DNA of 64,000 bases from Polyangiaceae bacterium (GCA_965222375.1 CBDCTZ010000014.1:352001-416000); one strand, 5' to 3'; counted from the stretch's first letter, positions 51,955 through 61,800 are shown. The notes: generated by a model from the letters alone, not told the origin. Numbers and translations: made by a program.

Positions 51955-53045
51955 CCCGGCTACTCGGCAGCATCCTCGCGCTCTTGCTACTGGTTGGCTG
52001 CGGCGGCGGTTCCAAGAGCGCCAGTGCGCCGGCACTGCCACCCGCCAATCCGCAAGCCGTCAGCAAGATGGCTCAGGGCGTGGCGGCCGCAAAAGAGCGG
52101 GGTGGGCGCGGCAGAGCCATCAAGTTGCTTCGAGAGGCCGTCAAGTTGGATCCGAACCTTTGGGAGGCACGCTACGATCTGGGGGTCTTGTTGGCTGAAG
52201 GCGGCGACTTGGACGGCGCGGAGAAGCAGCTGGCAGCAGCCTTCAAGTTGGCACCCAACGCTGAAGACGTCGTGGTTGCCCTTGGCGAAGTGCGTCGGCG
52301 CCAAGGAGACGCGGGCGGCGCCGCAGATGTGCTGAGCCAATTCGTCAAGCAGTTCCCCAAAGCCGTTGTTGCTCGGACTTCCCTCGTGAGCGCGTTGCGA
52401 GAGTCGGGCAAGGTCGATCAGGCCATCAAACACGCTCGCGAGGTCTTGGTGCGTCGCTCGAGCGACCCCAATGCTCTGGCGGAGCTGGCGATGTCTCACC
52501 TTCAGCGCGGCGAGATCGATACTGCGGAATTGCTGGTCAAGGAGGCGCTCAAGGCCGAGCCCGACAATGCGGTGGCGGAACGCACGGCAGGGCTGGTTGC
52601 TCTCAAGAAGGGTGATGACGCCGTCGCCTTTGGGCACTTTGCAAAGGCCAGTCGCCTGGACCCGAAGGACACGACGGCTCGATTGAACACTGGCACTGTG
52701 CTCCTGCAGGCCGGCGTCTATGACAAGTCGGCCGAGGAGTTCCGTGGGGTGCTGGCGGTCAAAGCGGATGACACGGCGGCGCAGCTGGGATTGGCGGCGT
52801 CCCTACGTGGAATGGGTTCTCGGGACAAGAAGGGGCCCTACCAGGAGGCCGAAAACGTCCTGAAGCAGGTACTGCAGCGTGAGCCGAAGAACATGAATGC
52901 GCTGTTCAACCTTGGTGTGTTGTATTCGGATTTCCTAGGGAGGCCCGCCGACGCGAAGCCGATTTTCGAGCGCTTCTTGGCCGCGTCACCCAAGAGCCAT
53001 CCCGCTCGCCGCTACGCCAAGAAGATCATCGCGGGTCAGAAATAG
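51951..53045 (+). CDS. TPR lipoprotein (GltE/AglT-like)
   Basis: LVGC lipobox; tandem TPRs (DPNLWEARYDLGVL; ALFNLGVLY). Confidence 0.8.
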   Translation: MTRLLGSILALLLLVGCGGGSKSASAPALPPANPQAVSKMAQGVAAAKERGGRGRAIKLLREAVKLDPNLWEARYDLGVLLAEGGDLDGAEKQLAAAFKLAPNAEDVVVALGEVRRRQGDAGGAADVLSQFVKQFPKAVVARTSLVSALRESGKVDQAIKHAREVLVRRSSDPNALAELAMSHLQRGEIDTAELLVKEALKAEPDNAVAERTAGLVALKKGDDAVAFGHFAKASRLDPKDTTARLNTGTVLLQAGVYDKSAEEFRGVLAVKADDTAAQLGLAASLRGMGSRDKKGPYQEAENVLKQVLQREPKNMNALFNLGVLYSDFLGRPADAKPIFERFLAASPKSHPARRYAKKIIAGQK

Positions 53046-53081
53046 GGTCGCACCGCTCCTGATTCCCCCAGCGCGCTGTCC

Positions 53082-54683
53082 TCAGGGCGAGGGCAACAGC
53101 GGGTGTTGGGCGAGCAGGTTTGAGAGCCCCATCAGCACCGGGTCCGGGAACGCGGAAGCAGCGCTGTCCAATTTGGCCTTGGCGTCAGCTAGCCGGCGCT
53201 TGTCCAAGGTCTTGAGGGACTCGGCATAGGCTTGGATTGCCAAGGCGCGCTTCAGTTTCTGGTGGTTGGGCGCGTCGAACAGGGATTGCAGCTTCACGAC
53301 GATCGGGACGTCGATGAACTCCGCATCCTGTCGTTTGTAGCGCACGGTGATGGTGATGTCTTGTGGGGACGAGGTCGGCAGTTTGCCGTCGCAGGTTCGC
53401 AGCTGATACAGGAAGCTGGCCACGGCTCCCGCGCCCATGTTCTGAGGTTTGGTTTGTGCAAAGTTGACGGTCTGCTCGGAAGCGCTGCGCACAATGCTGA
53501 AGTGCCAAGGCAGCAGCAGTTCTACGCGCACGTCACGCAGCTCGGTTTGCAGCATCGCGGGCAAATGTTGAGAGAAGACGGTGTCAGCCTCTTCCGCCTT
53601 GTCCAAGTACATGTAGTGACCGCGCCCGATCCAGGCCAGGGCGCGGAAAAAGCGGTCGCCATGTGCGCCCGCTCCCGGCAACGCGGGCTCCTCGAGAGCG
53701 GGGCCGACCGCGATGCTGTTGAGCACCACATCGAGGTTTTCGGCGGCCGCAGCGATCGGATCCGAGCTGATCGTACCGGGCGCATCGGCTCCATCCGTGA
53801 TCGCAAAGACCCGAGTTCCTTGGGCTAGCGGGCCACTCGCGTAGGCGTCCACAAGAGCCTGGGCAAAGGGGCGCTCACCATCCAAAATCGAGATCGCTGC
53901 GAGTTCCGCTAAGAGTTGATCCCGGGGCGCGCCCGGCTCCGCGGACAGCTTCGCCGAGGCATCCGTCGTGCGGACTTGCACCGCCGTCTTTTCTGGCAGT
54001 TTGCTGATCAGAGAGGCCGCCGCGTACTTCCCGCGCTCCAGCCCTTCCGGAGTCATGGATTGGGACGTATCGAGCACGACCACGACTGCCGGGGGCGACA
54101 CTAGTTGAGTGTTGGGTGCTTGTACTGCGACGAAGAGGTCGTACTCCGTGGGTGAGTTTTGCCCGCCACTGGTTGAGCGGGGGGCCATTTCCACCATGAT
54201 CTTCGGCGCGTTGGGATCCGCTCCGTTGGCGGGCGCCATTGGCGAGTCGAAGTCCGGTGGGTAGTAGTTGAGTAGATCCTGGGTTCGCACGTGCTGCGGC
54301 AGCGGAGCGATTCCTTGCATCAAGAGTTCCCGCGTGAGTTCAGCACTGGCGAAACTGCTTCCGCTGCCGAGAGAGCTCTCGATGATTCGTGACTTGCCCG
54401 ACAGCAGCCCACAGCTCTCGTCGAGGCTGGAGCTGCCTCCGGCGGCCCCTGCGGCCGTGACGTCCTCTGCCTCCGAGTAGCCGCCACTCTCCTCACTGCC
54501 GTCCCCGATAGGGGTGCAGTCCGTGCACTTGCTGGGAGTGCCCCCTGCTCCTGCGCCACCGGAGGATGCCGCCCCCGCACCGAAGTTGTTCCTGTCGTCT
54601 GAACTCCCCTCTTGGGCGCCACATGAGGTGAGGGCGGCGAGGGCAAGAAGAGGCGCGTGGCGGCGGAGTGAATGGGCTAGCAT
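53082..54683 (-). CDS. von Willebrand factor A domain lipoprotein (YfbK-like)
   Basis: LTSC lipobox; VRTQDLLNYY; MIDAS-like VVLDTSQSM; ITDG. Confidence 0.85.
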   Translation of the reverse strand: MLAHSLRRHAPLLALAALTSCGAQEGSSDDRNNFGAGAASSGGAGAGGTPSKCTDCTPIGDGSEESGGYSEAEDVTAAGAAGGSSSLDESCGLLSGKSRIIESSLGSGSSFASAELTRELLMQGIAPLPQHVRTQDLLNYYPPDFDSPMAPANGADPNAPKIMVEMAPRSTSGGQNSPTEYDLFVAVQAPNTQLVSPPAVVVVLDTSQSMTPEGLERGKYAAASLISKLPEKTAVQVRTTDASAKLSAEPGAPRDQLLAELAAISILDGERPFAQALVDAYASGPLAQGTRVFAITDGADAPGTISSDPIAAAAENLDVVLNSIAVGPALEEPALPGAGAHGDRFFRALAWIGRGHYMYLDKAEEADTVFSQHLPAMLQTELRDVRVELLLPWHFSIVRSASEQTVNFAQTKPQNMGAGAVASFLYQLRTCDGKLPTSSPQDITITVRYKRQDAEFIDVPIVVKLQSLFDAPNHQKLKRALAIQAYAESLKTLDKRRLADAKAKLDSAASAFPDPVLMGLSNLLAQHPLLPSP

Positions 54684-54721
54684 GATTCTGCTCCTCGGAG
54701 ATTCTACGACACGCTGTTGAG

Positions 54722-54739
54722 ATGCACACGCCGTGCCGT
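54722..54739 (-). promoter_or_regulatory. Putative sigma54 -24/-12 promoter for the vWA lipoprotein gene
   Basis: Minus strand CGGCACGGCGTGTGCA = GG-N10-GC, about 40 nt upstream of the ATG, which has a GAGGAG RBS. Confidence 0.65.
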
Positions 54740-54912
54740 CGATAAATGCCGGATCTCAGCGCATATCCTACATAAACCCACTGATCTCGGATCCCAGACT
54801 GGCACATTTGTGCCAAGCGTCCCGAGTTGACGACATCGTGCCACACGATCTTACATGTGCCGTCGCGCCTGACGGAGTCCTGTCTGGCACGAAAATCCGT
54901 GGAGTGGGCGCC

Positions 54913-56115
54913 ATGAATACTCGAGGGTCTGCAATTGTGGCCGCGTTGGGTGCCGTTGTCGGCCTGGTTTTCGCGATGACGTCCACTTTGGACTACGCCT
55001 CGCACCTGGACCGTCGCTTACACGACGTGACCTGTAGCTTCATCCCGGGGGCATCTGCGACCTCCGAAGCTGAAGCGTGTCGAACGGCGATGTACAGTTC
55101 GTATTCTTCGATCCTCCGAGATACGTATTGGGGTGGCATTCCGATTTCACTCTTTGCCGTGGGTGCCTTCTCTTTTTTCGCTGGGTTCGCGGTCTATCTG
55201 GCCGTGGCCGGGCCGAACGCGCCTCGCAGAGGTGTGCTCTTCTTCGCGGTGACCGGGATCACACCAGCGCTGGTGTCGATCGGGATGTTCATCATCTCCG
55301 CCACGCGCCTCGGAACATTCTGCAAGACCTGCGTCGGCATCTACATCGCGTCGTTTTTGCTCGCGGTGGGAGCTCTGGCGAGCCTGGCGGGTTTGCGAGA
55401 GTTGACGAAGGAAGGGCAGCCACGAGAGGCCGGTAGCTTTGCTCTCGTGCTGGCGTGGTTGCCTGCGCTGGCGGCGGTGACGCTGCTGCCCGGCGTGGTG
55501 TATGCCAGTACCGTGCCCGACCACCGTCCCTATCTTGCCAGTTGCGGGGAATTGAAACAGCAGCCCAGAGAAAAGGACAAGCTGGTTCATCTGCCCGGCC
55601 GTAGCCCGGTCAAACCAGCCCTGTTCTTCGAAGATCCTTTGTGCCCGACCTGCAAAGCGTTTCATGCCCGGTTGAAAGGTGAGGGCGTTCTCGATCGGCT
55701 GGACATCAAACTTGCACTTTTCCCTCTCGACCCGACCTGCAACTGGATGCTCGATACACCTTTGCATCCGGGGGCGTGCACTCTGAGCAAGGCCGTCATC
55801 TGTGGAGGCGCTCGCAGCATGCAAGTTCTGGAATGGTCCTATGACGAACAAGAGCGTCTCGGCCGTGCTGGCAAGGCCGGTGAGGCCGTGCTGAAGGCCG
55901 CAATCGTGCAGCGCTGGGGTGCCGAGATGGGCAAGTGCATCGACAAGCCACAGACCAAGACGCGGCTCAATGCTCACCTACACTTTGCTGTGGCCAATGC
56001 GGTTCCCGTGTCAACGCCGCAGGTGTACCTGGACAAGACGCGGATCTGTGATGAAGACACCGACATTGGGCTTCGCTACACGCTGAAGCATCTGGCTCCG
56101 GAGGTCCTACAGTGA
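54913..56115 (+). CDS. VKOR - DsbA/thioredoxin-fold fusion protein
   Basis: TM VKOR domain with loop Cys pair (TCSF...ACR), GIPISL and FCKTC; C-terminal FEDPLCPTC and STP cis-Pro motif; ATG 54913. Confidence 0.88.
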   Translation: MNTRGSAIVAALGAVVGLVFAMTSTLDYASHLDRRLHDVTCSFIPGASATSEAEACRTAMYSSYSSILRDTYWGGIPISLFAVGAFSFFAGFAVYLAVAGPNAPRRGVLFFAVTGITPALVSIGMFIISATRLGTFCKTCVGIYIASFLLAVGALASLAGLRELTKEGQPREAGSFALVLAWLPALAAVTLLPGVVYASTVPDHRPYLASCGELKQQPREKDKLVHLPGRSPVKPALFFEDPLCPTCKAFHARLKGEGVLDRLDIKLALFPLDPTCNWMLDTPLHPGACTLSKAVICGGARSMQVLEWSYDEQERLGRAGKAGEAVLKAAIVQRWGAEMGKCIDKPQTKTRLNAHLHFAVANAVPVSTPQVYLDKTRICDEDTDIGLRYTLKHLAPEVLQ

Positions 56116-56810
56116 GCGCGCGTGTCGTCGCGCCAGTCGTTGGTGGTGTTGTCGCCGCGCTGCTGCTCGTTGGGTCGACGCTGTGGGTTCGGCAACACGT
56201 GGCCAAGGCTGGGGAGCGACTGTTGACGCCCGAGGCGGAGAAACGCAAGGTCGCGGTGGCGGCTGATGCAGAAGTTGCCTACTGCACGCCCCGATTCAAG
56301 CAGGTCCTGGAGCGCGTGCTGCACTCCTGCGGCCTGGCCACGGAAGCGCGGCGCGGCTGCAAGCCAGCGGACGTAAAGACCTTCGCTTCCATCAGCGACG
56401 CCGACTTCAACGAGCTCTTTCACCCGCTCAAGGAACGCGGCGGAGTGATCATGTTTGATGTGGGCAAGGAAGACCTCGACCAACTTGCCAGGAAGCTGCT
56501 TACGGAGCGATTCACGGATCGCAAGGGGGCGCGCTACTTCTTTGTCGTTGCCCGAGCATCCAAGACGGGAACCCCACAAAAAAATCGGGCGCTTTCCCAC
56601 CGTCGCGCCAATTCGGTCATGTACGCTCTGAAGGAGCTTTCCAAGGACCCGGACATCGAGAAGAAGGTGGGGTTGCTGTGGCTTGGAAACGAATTCGCCC
56701 AATTGTCCAAGGAGTACTGCGAATGGCCCAATTCGCGACCGACCGAAAAATGCGACGCCGACGCAATCAACCGAACCGCCTTCGTTTCCTGGGTCGACTG
56801 CCGGCTCTGA
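56112..56810 (+). CDS. Membrane-anchored OmpA-like (peptidoglycan-binding fold) Cys-rich protein
   Basis: N-terminal TM; IMFDVGKEDL...ARASKTG...NRALSHRRANSV...INR; six Cys. Confidence 0.7.
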   Translation: MSARVVAPVVGGVVAALLLVGSTLWVRQHVAKAGERLLTPEAEKRKVAVAADAEVAYCTPRFKQVLERVLHSCGLATEARRGCKPADVKTFASISDADFNELFHPLKERGGVIMFDVGKEDLDQLARKLLTERFTDRKGARYFFVVARASKTGTPQKNRALSHRRANSVMYALKELSKDPDIEKKVGLLWLGNEFAQLSKEYCEWPNSRPTEKCDADAINRTAFVSWVDCRL

Positions 56811-57466
56811 CGGCTCTGACGGCGTCGATTCTCAGCGGCCAGCTCGGCTGCGACGACAAGAAGCCAGGGTCGCCGACGGCAACCCGGTCTCGTAGCCAGG
56901 CGATTGTGGCGTCGGCTGCGGTCACACCTTCGAAACCCGAAGCGAGCGAAAAGAAGGCAGAGCTTCCGAAGCCCAAACGGGTGCTCTGTCAGGGCAAGCT
57001 GGACCCGTCTGGTCGCGACGTTCCGCTCGCCACCTTCGAAAGCGCCGCTGTGCAAGGGGCGCCCGCTGCGCCGAAAAAGCTCTCCGGCGATGGCTGGGTC
57101 TGGGTGAACTTTTGGGCCGCATGGTGTGCTCCCTGCAAGGAAGAGATCCCCCGGCTCAAGGGCTGGGAGTCAGAGCTGCGCAAGCAAGGACTGTCGTTTC
57201 GCATCGCCTTCGTGTCCTTGGATGACGACGAACGGCAGCTGAGAGAATTGCTGGCGTCGCAGCCCAGGCGTGGGCTTCGCAGCACCCTTTGGCTGAGGGA
57301 AGGGAAGGGGCGCACGGACTTCATGAAAGCAGCTGGTTTGGGCGAGGACCCGGAGCTGCCAGCGCACTTCTTGGTCGACCCAACCGGCAAGATCCGCTGT
57401 GCCTTCGCAGGAGCCGTAGAGGATTCGGACTTCGACACCCTGAAGAAGCTCGTCGGCAAGGGCTGA
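56750..57466 (+). CDS. TlpA/ResA-like thioredoxin (probable lipoprotein)
   Basis: WVNFWAAWCAPCKEEIP, FVSLD, LPAHFLVDPTGKIR; QLGC lipobox-like; start uncertain. Confidence 0.88.
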   Translation: MRRRRNQPNRLRFLGRLPALTALTASILSGQLGCDDKKPGSPTATRSRSQAIVASAAVTPSKPEASEKKAELPKPKRVLCQGKLDPSGRDVPLATFESAAVQGAPAAPKKLSGDGWVWVNFWAAWCAPCKEEIPRLKGWESELRKQGLSFRIAFVSLDDDERQLRELLASQPRRGLRSTLWLREGKGRTDFMKAAGLGEDPELPAHFLVDPTGKIRCAFAGAVEDSDFDTLKKLVGKG

Positions 57467-57485
57467 AGGTTGCTGCCGAGTCGGT

Positions 57486-58232
57486 TCAGGCGGGTCGAGT
57501 AGCGAGTTGGCGCCAGTCTCGCTCGATGCTGTCGACCTTGGTCGCAACGGCTTCCAGACGATCCGAAGTTGTTCGAGGGACCGCGACTCCACACTCCCCT
57601 GCTAACTCGACCAGGTAGTCGATCCAGGCTCCGTGCCCCGTGGCTTCGGCGAGACGAAGCGCATATTCGTAGGCTTGGATCACGACCTCGGGATCAATGG
57701 CGCGCTTGCGTCGGGCGTCGCCCAGAATCTGATCCATGTAGGGCTCGAGAATTCGAAGCACCTCGTCGGTCTGACCCGACTCTAGAGCGATCTCAGCGGT
57801 GGGGCCAAGGAGAGCAAAGACGCTCGCGCTGCCCGTCGTATTGCTGTCTGAGTCCTGGCGCTGCCGATGGCGGGGCACTTCCGCGGAAGTCGTGGCGTTG
57901 CGGGCGCCACGAGGTGGGTTTTCGCCGCGATAAAGCCACAGCAACTGGGTGCCAATTCGGATTCGCGCGCCGGCGGTCAATTCGCGCCGCCCGCTGATGC
58001 GCTGCTCATCGACGAACGTGCCGTTGGTACTCCCCAAGTCCTCGATGATCACCCGAGAGTCCTCCAGAAACACGCGAGCATGTGTTCTGCTGACGAGCGC
58101 GTCTTCACCAAAGCGAAGGTGGCAACCGAGGTCGCGACCCGCCACCAACTCTGTGCTGGTGAGGGGAGTGTCTCCGCTCGGACAGCGCAGCCACCACTTG
58201 CCGCGCTTGCTGGGGCTGGAGGAAGGCACCAC
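57486..58232 (-). CDS. FHA-domain protein
   Basis: VAGR...VSRTHA...EDLGSTNGTFVD...IRIG. Confidence 0.9.
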   Translation of the reverse strand: MVPSSSPSKRGKWWLRCPSGDTPLTSTELVAGRDLGCHLRFGEDALVSRTHARVFLEDSRVIIEDLGSTNGTFVDEQRISGRRELTAGARIRIGTQLLWLYRGENPPRGARNATTSAEVPRHRQRQDSDSNTTGSASVFALLGPTAEIALESGQTDEVLRILEPYMDQILGDARRKRAIDPEVVIQAYEYALRLAEATGHGAWIDYLVELAGECGVAVPRTTSDRLEAVATKVDSIERDWRQLATRPA

Positions 58233-58359
58233 CCCAAGATCGCAAGACCAGCGCGTCGCCGCAAGAGTCTGTTGTACCCGCGGCCTCTAAGTCCGCGCGG
58301 GCCAGCGGTTTATGCTTGGCCTCGGCTGACAATGCTGAGCCAGTCGGGTGATGATATGA

Positions 58360-59052
58360 GGTCTAGACACCGCCGCGGATGTCATTGTCACTATCGACAC
58401 CCATGGTATTATCGAGGCGGCGAACCCAGCCCTCCAGGCGCTCTTTGGCTTTGAGCCGGCGGAGCTTTTGGGTCGGAACGTTTCCGTACTGATGCCCACG
58501 CCCCACCGGGAGCAGCACGACGGCTACCTCGCAACCTACCTGTCAACGGGTCAGCGCAAGATTATCGGTGTCGGACGCGAGGTCGAAGGTCGCCGAAAGG
58601 ACGTGACGACCTTCCCCATGGACCTTGTGGTGAGCGAGTTCCACGTAGCCGGTCGACACAAGGTTACGGGCGTGATCAGAGACATCACGGAGCGTAAGCA
58701 GGTCGAGCGGCTCAAAGACGAGTTTGTCCCCACGGTCAATCACGAGCTCCGCACTCCTTTGACATCGATTCGAGGTGCTAGTCGACCCGGATCGCCCCAG
58801 GTGCTCGACAACCTGCTATCTAACGCCGCGAAGTATTCACCTGCGAGCTGCGCTGTGGAGGTCCAGGTTCGGTCTTTGGGTGATGAGTTGGAGGTCTCCG
58901 CTGGTGGCTGTCGCTTCCTCTTGCGGCTTCCGAGAAACGTGGCCGCCCCAATTCTGCATTCAGACCTTCCGGGTAGCTGGGACGATGAGGTCTTGCCGTT
59001 AGTCGTATTCTCCGCGCCGTCGCCTGGTGTCGTGCCAGAATCCTGCGAGTGA
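58360..59052 (+). pseudogene. Decayed FixL-like PAS sensor histidine kinase
   Basis: In-frame stop at 58357-59 with no start before the PAS; PAS (EQHDGYL...IIGVGREVEGRRKD), H-box (HELRTPLTSIRG) and N-box (QVLDNLLSNAAKYS) present; the DHp-CA linker and G1/F/G2 boxes are missing; the expected VDPDR lies in another frame. Confidence 0.8.
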
Positions 59053-60215
59053 GCGTTCGGACTCTCGAGCTGGCCGGAGATATGGAGCACGCACTGCGGG
59101 CAGGGCACCCGTGGATCTACCGGGACCACATCCCACGGGGTTTCGCCGCTGCATCGGGATCGTGGCTACGAGTTCGCGCGGGAGAAAGCCTGGCGTGGGG
59201 GCTCTGGAGTAGCGAATCCGCCATCGCGCTGCGCATCTTCTCCACGCGAAACCGTCCCAACGCCGCGTGGGTACGCGCGCGGCTGCAAGACGCGCTTTCT
59301 CTGCGCCGGCTCGCGCTGTCCGAGGATACGACAGCGTTTCGATTGCTCTTTGGCGAGGGCGATGGGGTGCCGGGTGTGACTGTCGACATCTATGGCAAGC
59401 ACGCCGTGATTGCGAGCTACGCCGATGGTCTGGATGAAGTCGTGCGCTGGGTGGAACTCGGGATCGCGGATCTGCTCGCGCCGGTGAGCGTCGCTCACAA
59501 GCGCCACGATCAGGCAAGAGGTGAAGACGAGCTTCTGCGGGGCAAGTCGCTGCCGAGGGATCTCGTCGTGCTCGAGAATGGGATTCGCTTCCGCGTCAAC
59601 TTGGAGCAAGCACAGAAGACTGGGCTGTTCCTGGACCATCGAGACAACCGGAGCGTGGTTGCTCGCTTTGCCGGTGGACGCAACGTCCTGAACCTCTTTT
59701 CCTACACGGGAGCGTTTTCCGTCTATGCCGCTCGCTCCGGGGCGCGGCATGTCACTACTGTAGACGTCGCTCCGGGTGTGGTTGAGGCGGCGCGAGAAAA
59801 CTTCCGGCTAAATGGGTTGGACCCAGACACGCACAAATTCGTGGTCGCGGATGCCTTCGAGTGGACCAAGTCCGCCCGACAAGACGGTTGTCGCTGGGAC
59901 TTGATCGTCTGCGATCCGCCGTCCTTCGCACGCCGCAGGCAGCATCGAAGTCAGGCGTTGAAAGCATATCGCAAACTGAACTCTTCGGTCTTGCGGCTGA
60001 CCGAGTTGGGGGGATTCCTGGCTACTGCCAGCTGCACCGCCCAGGTCGAACCCGCTGCGTTTCAGCGTGTTGTCGCAGAGGCGGCACTTCGCGCTCGCCG
60101 CCGCTTTCAAATATTTGGGGACGCCGGCCACGCTTGCGATCACCCGCTGCTGGCGCAGCACCCAGAGGGACGCTATCTGAAGTTCCTGTTCGGTCGGGTC
60201 CTAAAGACCCCGTGA
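59049..60215 (+). CDS. Class I SAM-dependent 23S rRNA methyltransferase (RlmI/RlmK family)
   Basis: GHPWIY, GEGDGVPGVTVD, QKTGLFLDHRDNR, VLNLFSYTGAFS, DPPSF, PEGRYLK. Confidence 0.92.
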   Translation: MSVRTLELAGDMEHALRAGHPWIYRDHIPRGFAAASGSWLRVRAGESLAWGLWSSESAIALRIFSTRNRPNAAWVRARLQDALSLRRLALSEDTTAFRLLFGEGDGVPGVTVDIYGKHAVIASYADGLDEVVRWVELGIADLLAPVSVAHKRHDQARGEDELLRGKSLPRDLVVLENGIRFRVNLEQAQKTGLFLDHRDNRSVVARFAGGRNVLNLFSYTGAFSVYAARSGARHVTTVDVAPGVVEAARENFRLNGLDPDTHKFVVADAFEWTKSARQDGCRWDLIVCDPPSFARRRQHRSQALKAYRKLNSSVLRLTELGGFLATASCTAQVEPAAFQRVVAEAALRARRRFQIFGDAGHACDHPLLAQHPEGRYLKFLFGRVLKTP

Positions 60216-60323
60216 GGTGGTTCGGACCCGGCTCCCACATTGGCCCGACCCATCAACACAAAAGATGCGGCGCCCGCACCACTGGTGGGGAGCGGGCGCC
60301 ATGCCTCGGGGCGAGCCCCGCTA

Positions 60324-61733
60324 TCAGCGAAGCAGCTTGAACTCGATGCGACGGTTCTTCTGCTTGCCTTCCTTCGTGTCGTTGGGTGCACGGGGCTCGT
60401 CGGGGCCTGCGCCCCGAGTCTCGATTCGTGACTCCTCGACGCCTTTGCCCACCAGGTACTTCTTGACCGAATCTGCGCGAGCTTTCGACAAGGTCACGTT
60501 GTGGTCGCGGGCGCCGTCCGAATCCGTGTGTCCCGTGATCAACACACGCAATTTCGGGAACTCCTTCAAGACTTCTGCCGCGCCGTCCAAGGTAGGCTTC
60601 GACTTTGCCCGAATCGTGGCCAGGTTCACGTCGAACTCGATGCCCTCGATCACACCAGTGAATTTCTTGATCTTCTCCGGGATCTCGTCCGGGCAGCCGT
60701 CCGCATCTTCGTACTGATTCACAGTCTCTGGCTGAGTCGGACACTTGTCAGCTTCGCCCACGATTCCGTCCTTGTCGGGATCCGGATCCGGGCAGCCATC
60801 CGGAGGAATTCCGGGCTGGGTTGGGCACTTGTCTTGATCGTCCTTGACGCCGTCTCCATCCGTGTCGCGGATCGGGCAGCCGTCCGGGGCCACGCCTGCT
60901 TCGGTCGGGCACTTGTCGTCCGGGTCCAGGAAGCCGTCGCCATCGCCGTCACGGATTGGGCATCCATCCGGCGCAACCCCTGGCTCGGTTGGACAGGCAT
61001 CCCGATCGTCCGCGAAGCCGTCCTTGTCCGTGTCCGAAGGCTTCTTTTCTGGCTGGCTGCGATTCAGAGTGAAGGTCAGCGCTCCCAAAATCTCGGGATG
61101 GTGGGTTTGGGTGCCATCGGACGCTCCGTTCTTCTGGGTCAGGTTGTCTCGAACATCCAGGCGGAGCGAGATGAAGTCGTCCAGAGGCACTTTGACGCCC
61201 GCGCCAAAGTGGATCGCCGGGTCACCATCGCTGCCCATGGAATCGCTTCCGGCGCCCATGCGGCCTCCGCCAGCGACAATGAAGGGCACGATGCTGTACA
61301 TCGGCAGCTGGCCGACGACGTGACCTCGAACCGCCCATAGTCCAGCAGACTCGTCATCGTCTTTCGTACGCGTCGGCATGACAGCGCCTTCGAGCTCGGC
61401 TCCGAGAAATGACAGGGGGTAGTAGCCGACCCGAAGCCCGATATCGGGTGCGATGCTCTTGAAGGCCTGGTGAGGCCGAGCTTCGTCCTGGAAGTTGTGA
61501 TCCTTGGACGGAAACAACACTCCGCCAAAGATGCCTACCTCAACCAATCCGTCCTCGGGACGGTATTTCGACATATAGCCCTTGGCATTCGCATCACCCT
61601 CTGCCGACGACGAAGCACCGCTATCCGAAGAGAATGAAAACGATGCGCTGCCACCGGCGTCGGCCTGCGCGAAGGCTGTACTGGTTGCCGTTACTGATAC
61701 CAAAGCCACAAAAGCAGTAGTCACTGTCCGCAT
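60324..61733 (-). CDS. OmpA-family outer-membrane protein with thrombospondin type-3 (Ca-binding) repeats
   Basis: Signal peptide, beta-barrel, repeated D.DGDG..D..D.CP...G...DGCP units, ITGHTDSDG...LSKARA...NRRIEF. Confidence 0.93.
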   Translation of the reverse strand: MRTVTTAFVALVSVTATSTAFAQADAGGSASFSFSSDSGASSSAEGDANAKGYMSKYRPEDGLVEVGIFGGVLFPSKDHNFQDEARPHQAFKSIAPDIGLRVGYYPLSFLGAELEGAVMPTRTKDDDESAGLWAVRGHVVGQLPMYSIVPFIVAGGGRMGAGSDSMGSDGDPAIHFGAGVKVPLDDFISLRLDVRDNLTQKNGASDGTQTHHPEILGALTFTLNRSQPEKKPSDTDKDGFADDRDACPTEPGVAPDGCPIRDGDGDGFLDPDDKCPTEAGVAPDGCPIRDTDGDGVKDDQDKCPTQPGIPPDGCPDPDPDKDGIVGEADKCPTQPETVNQYEDADGCPDEIPEKIKKFTGVIEGIEFDVNLATIRAKSKPTLDGAAEVLKEFPKLRVLITGHTDSDGARDHNVTLSKARADSVKKYLVGKGVEESRIETRGAGPDEPRAPNDTKEGKQKNRRIEFKLLR

Positions 61734-61783
61734 ATCTTGGTCCCATCTATTGGAGGTTCTGGTGCGCTCGGGGCGGCATCCTA

Positions 61784-61800
61784 CGCAGAAGTCGTGCCAG
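61784..61800 (-). promoter_or_regulatory. Putative sigma54 promoter for the OmpA-family gene
   Basis: Minus strand CTGGCACGACTTCTGCG = GG-N10-GC. Confidence 0.65.

Noticed and set aside
54800..54813. Sigma54 promoter TGGCACATTTGTGC
   Set aside because: GG-to-GC spacing is 9, not 10; treated as a palindromic binding site.
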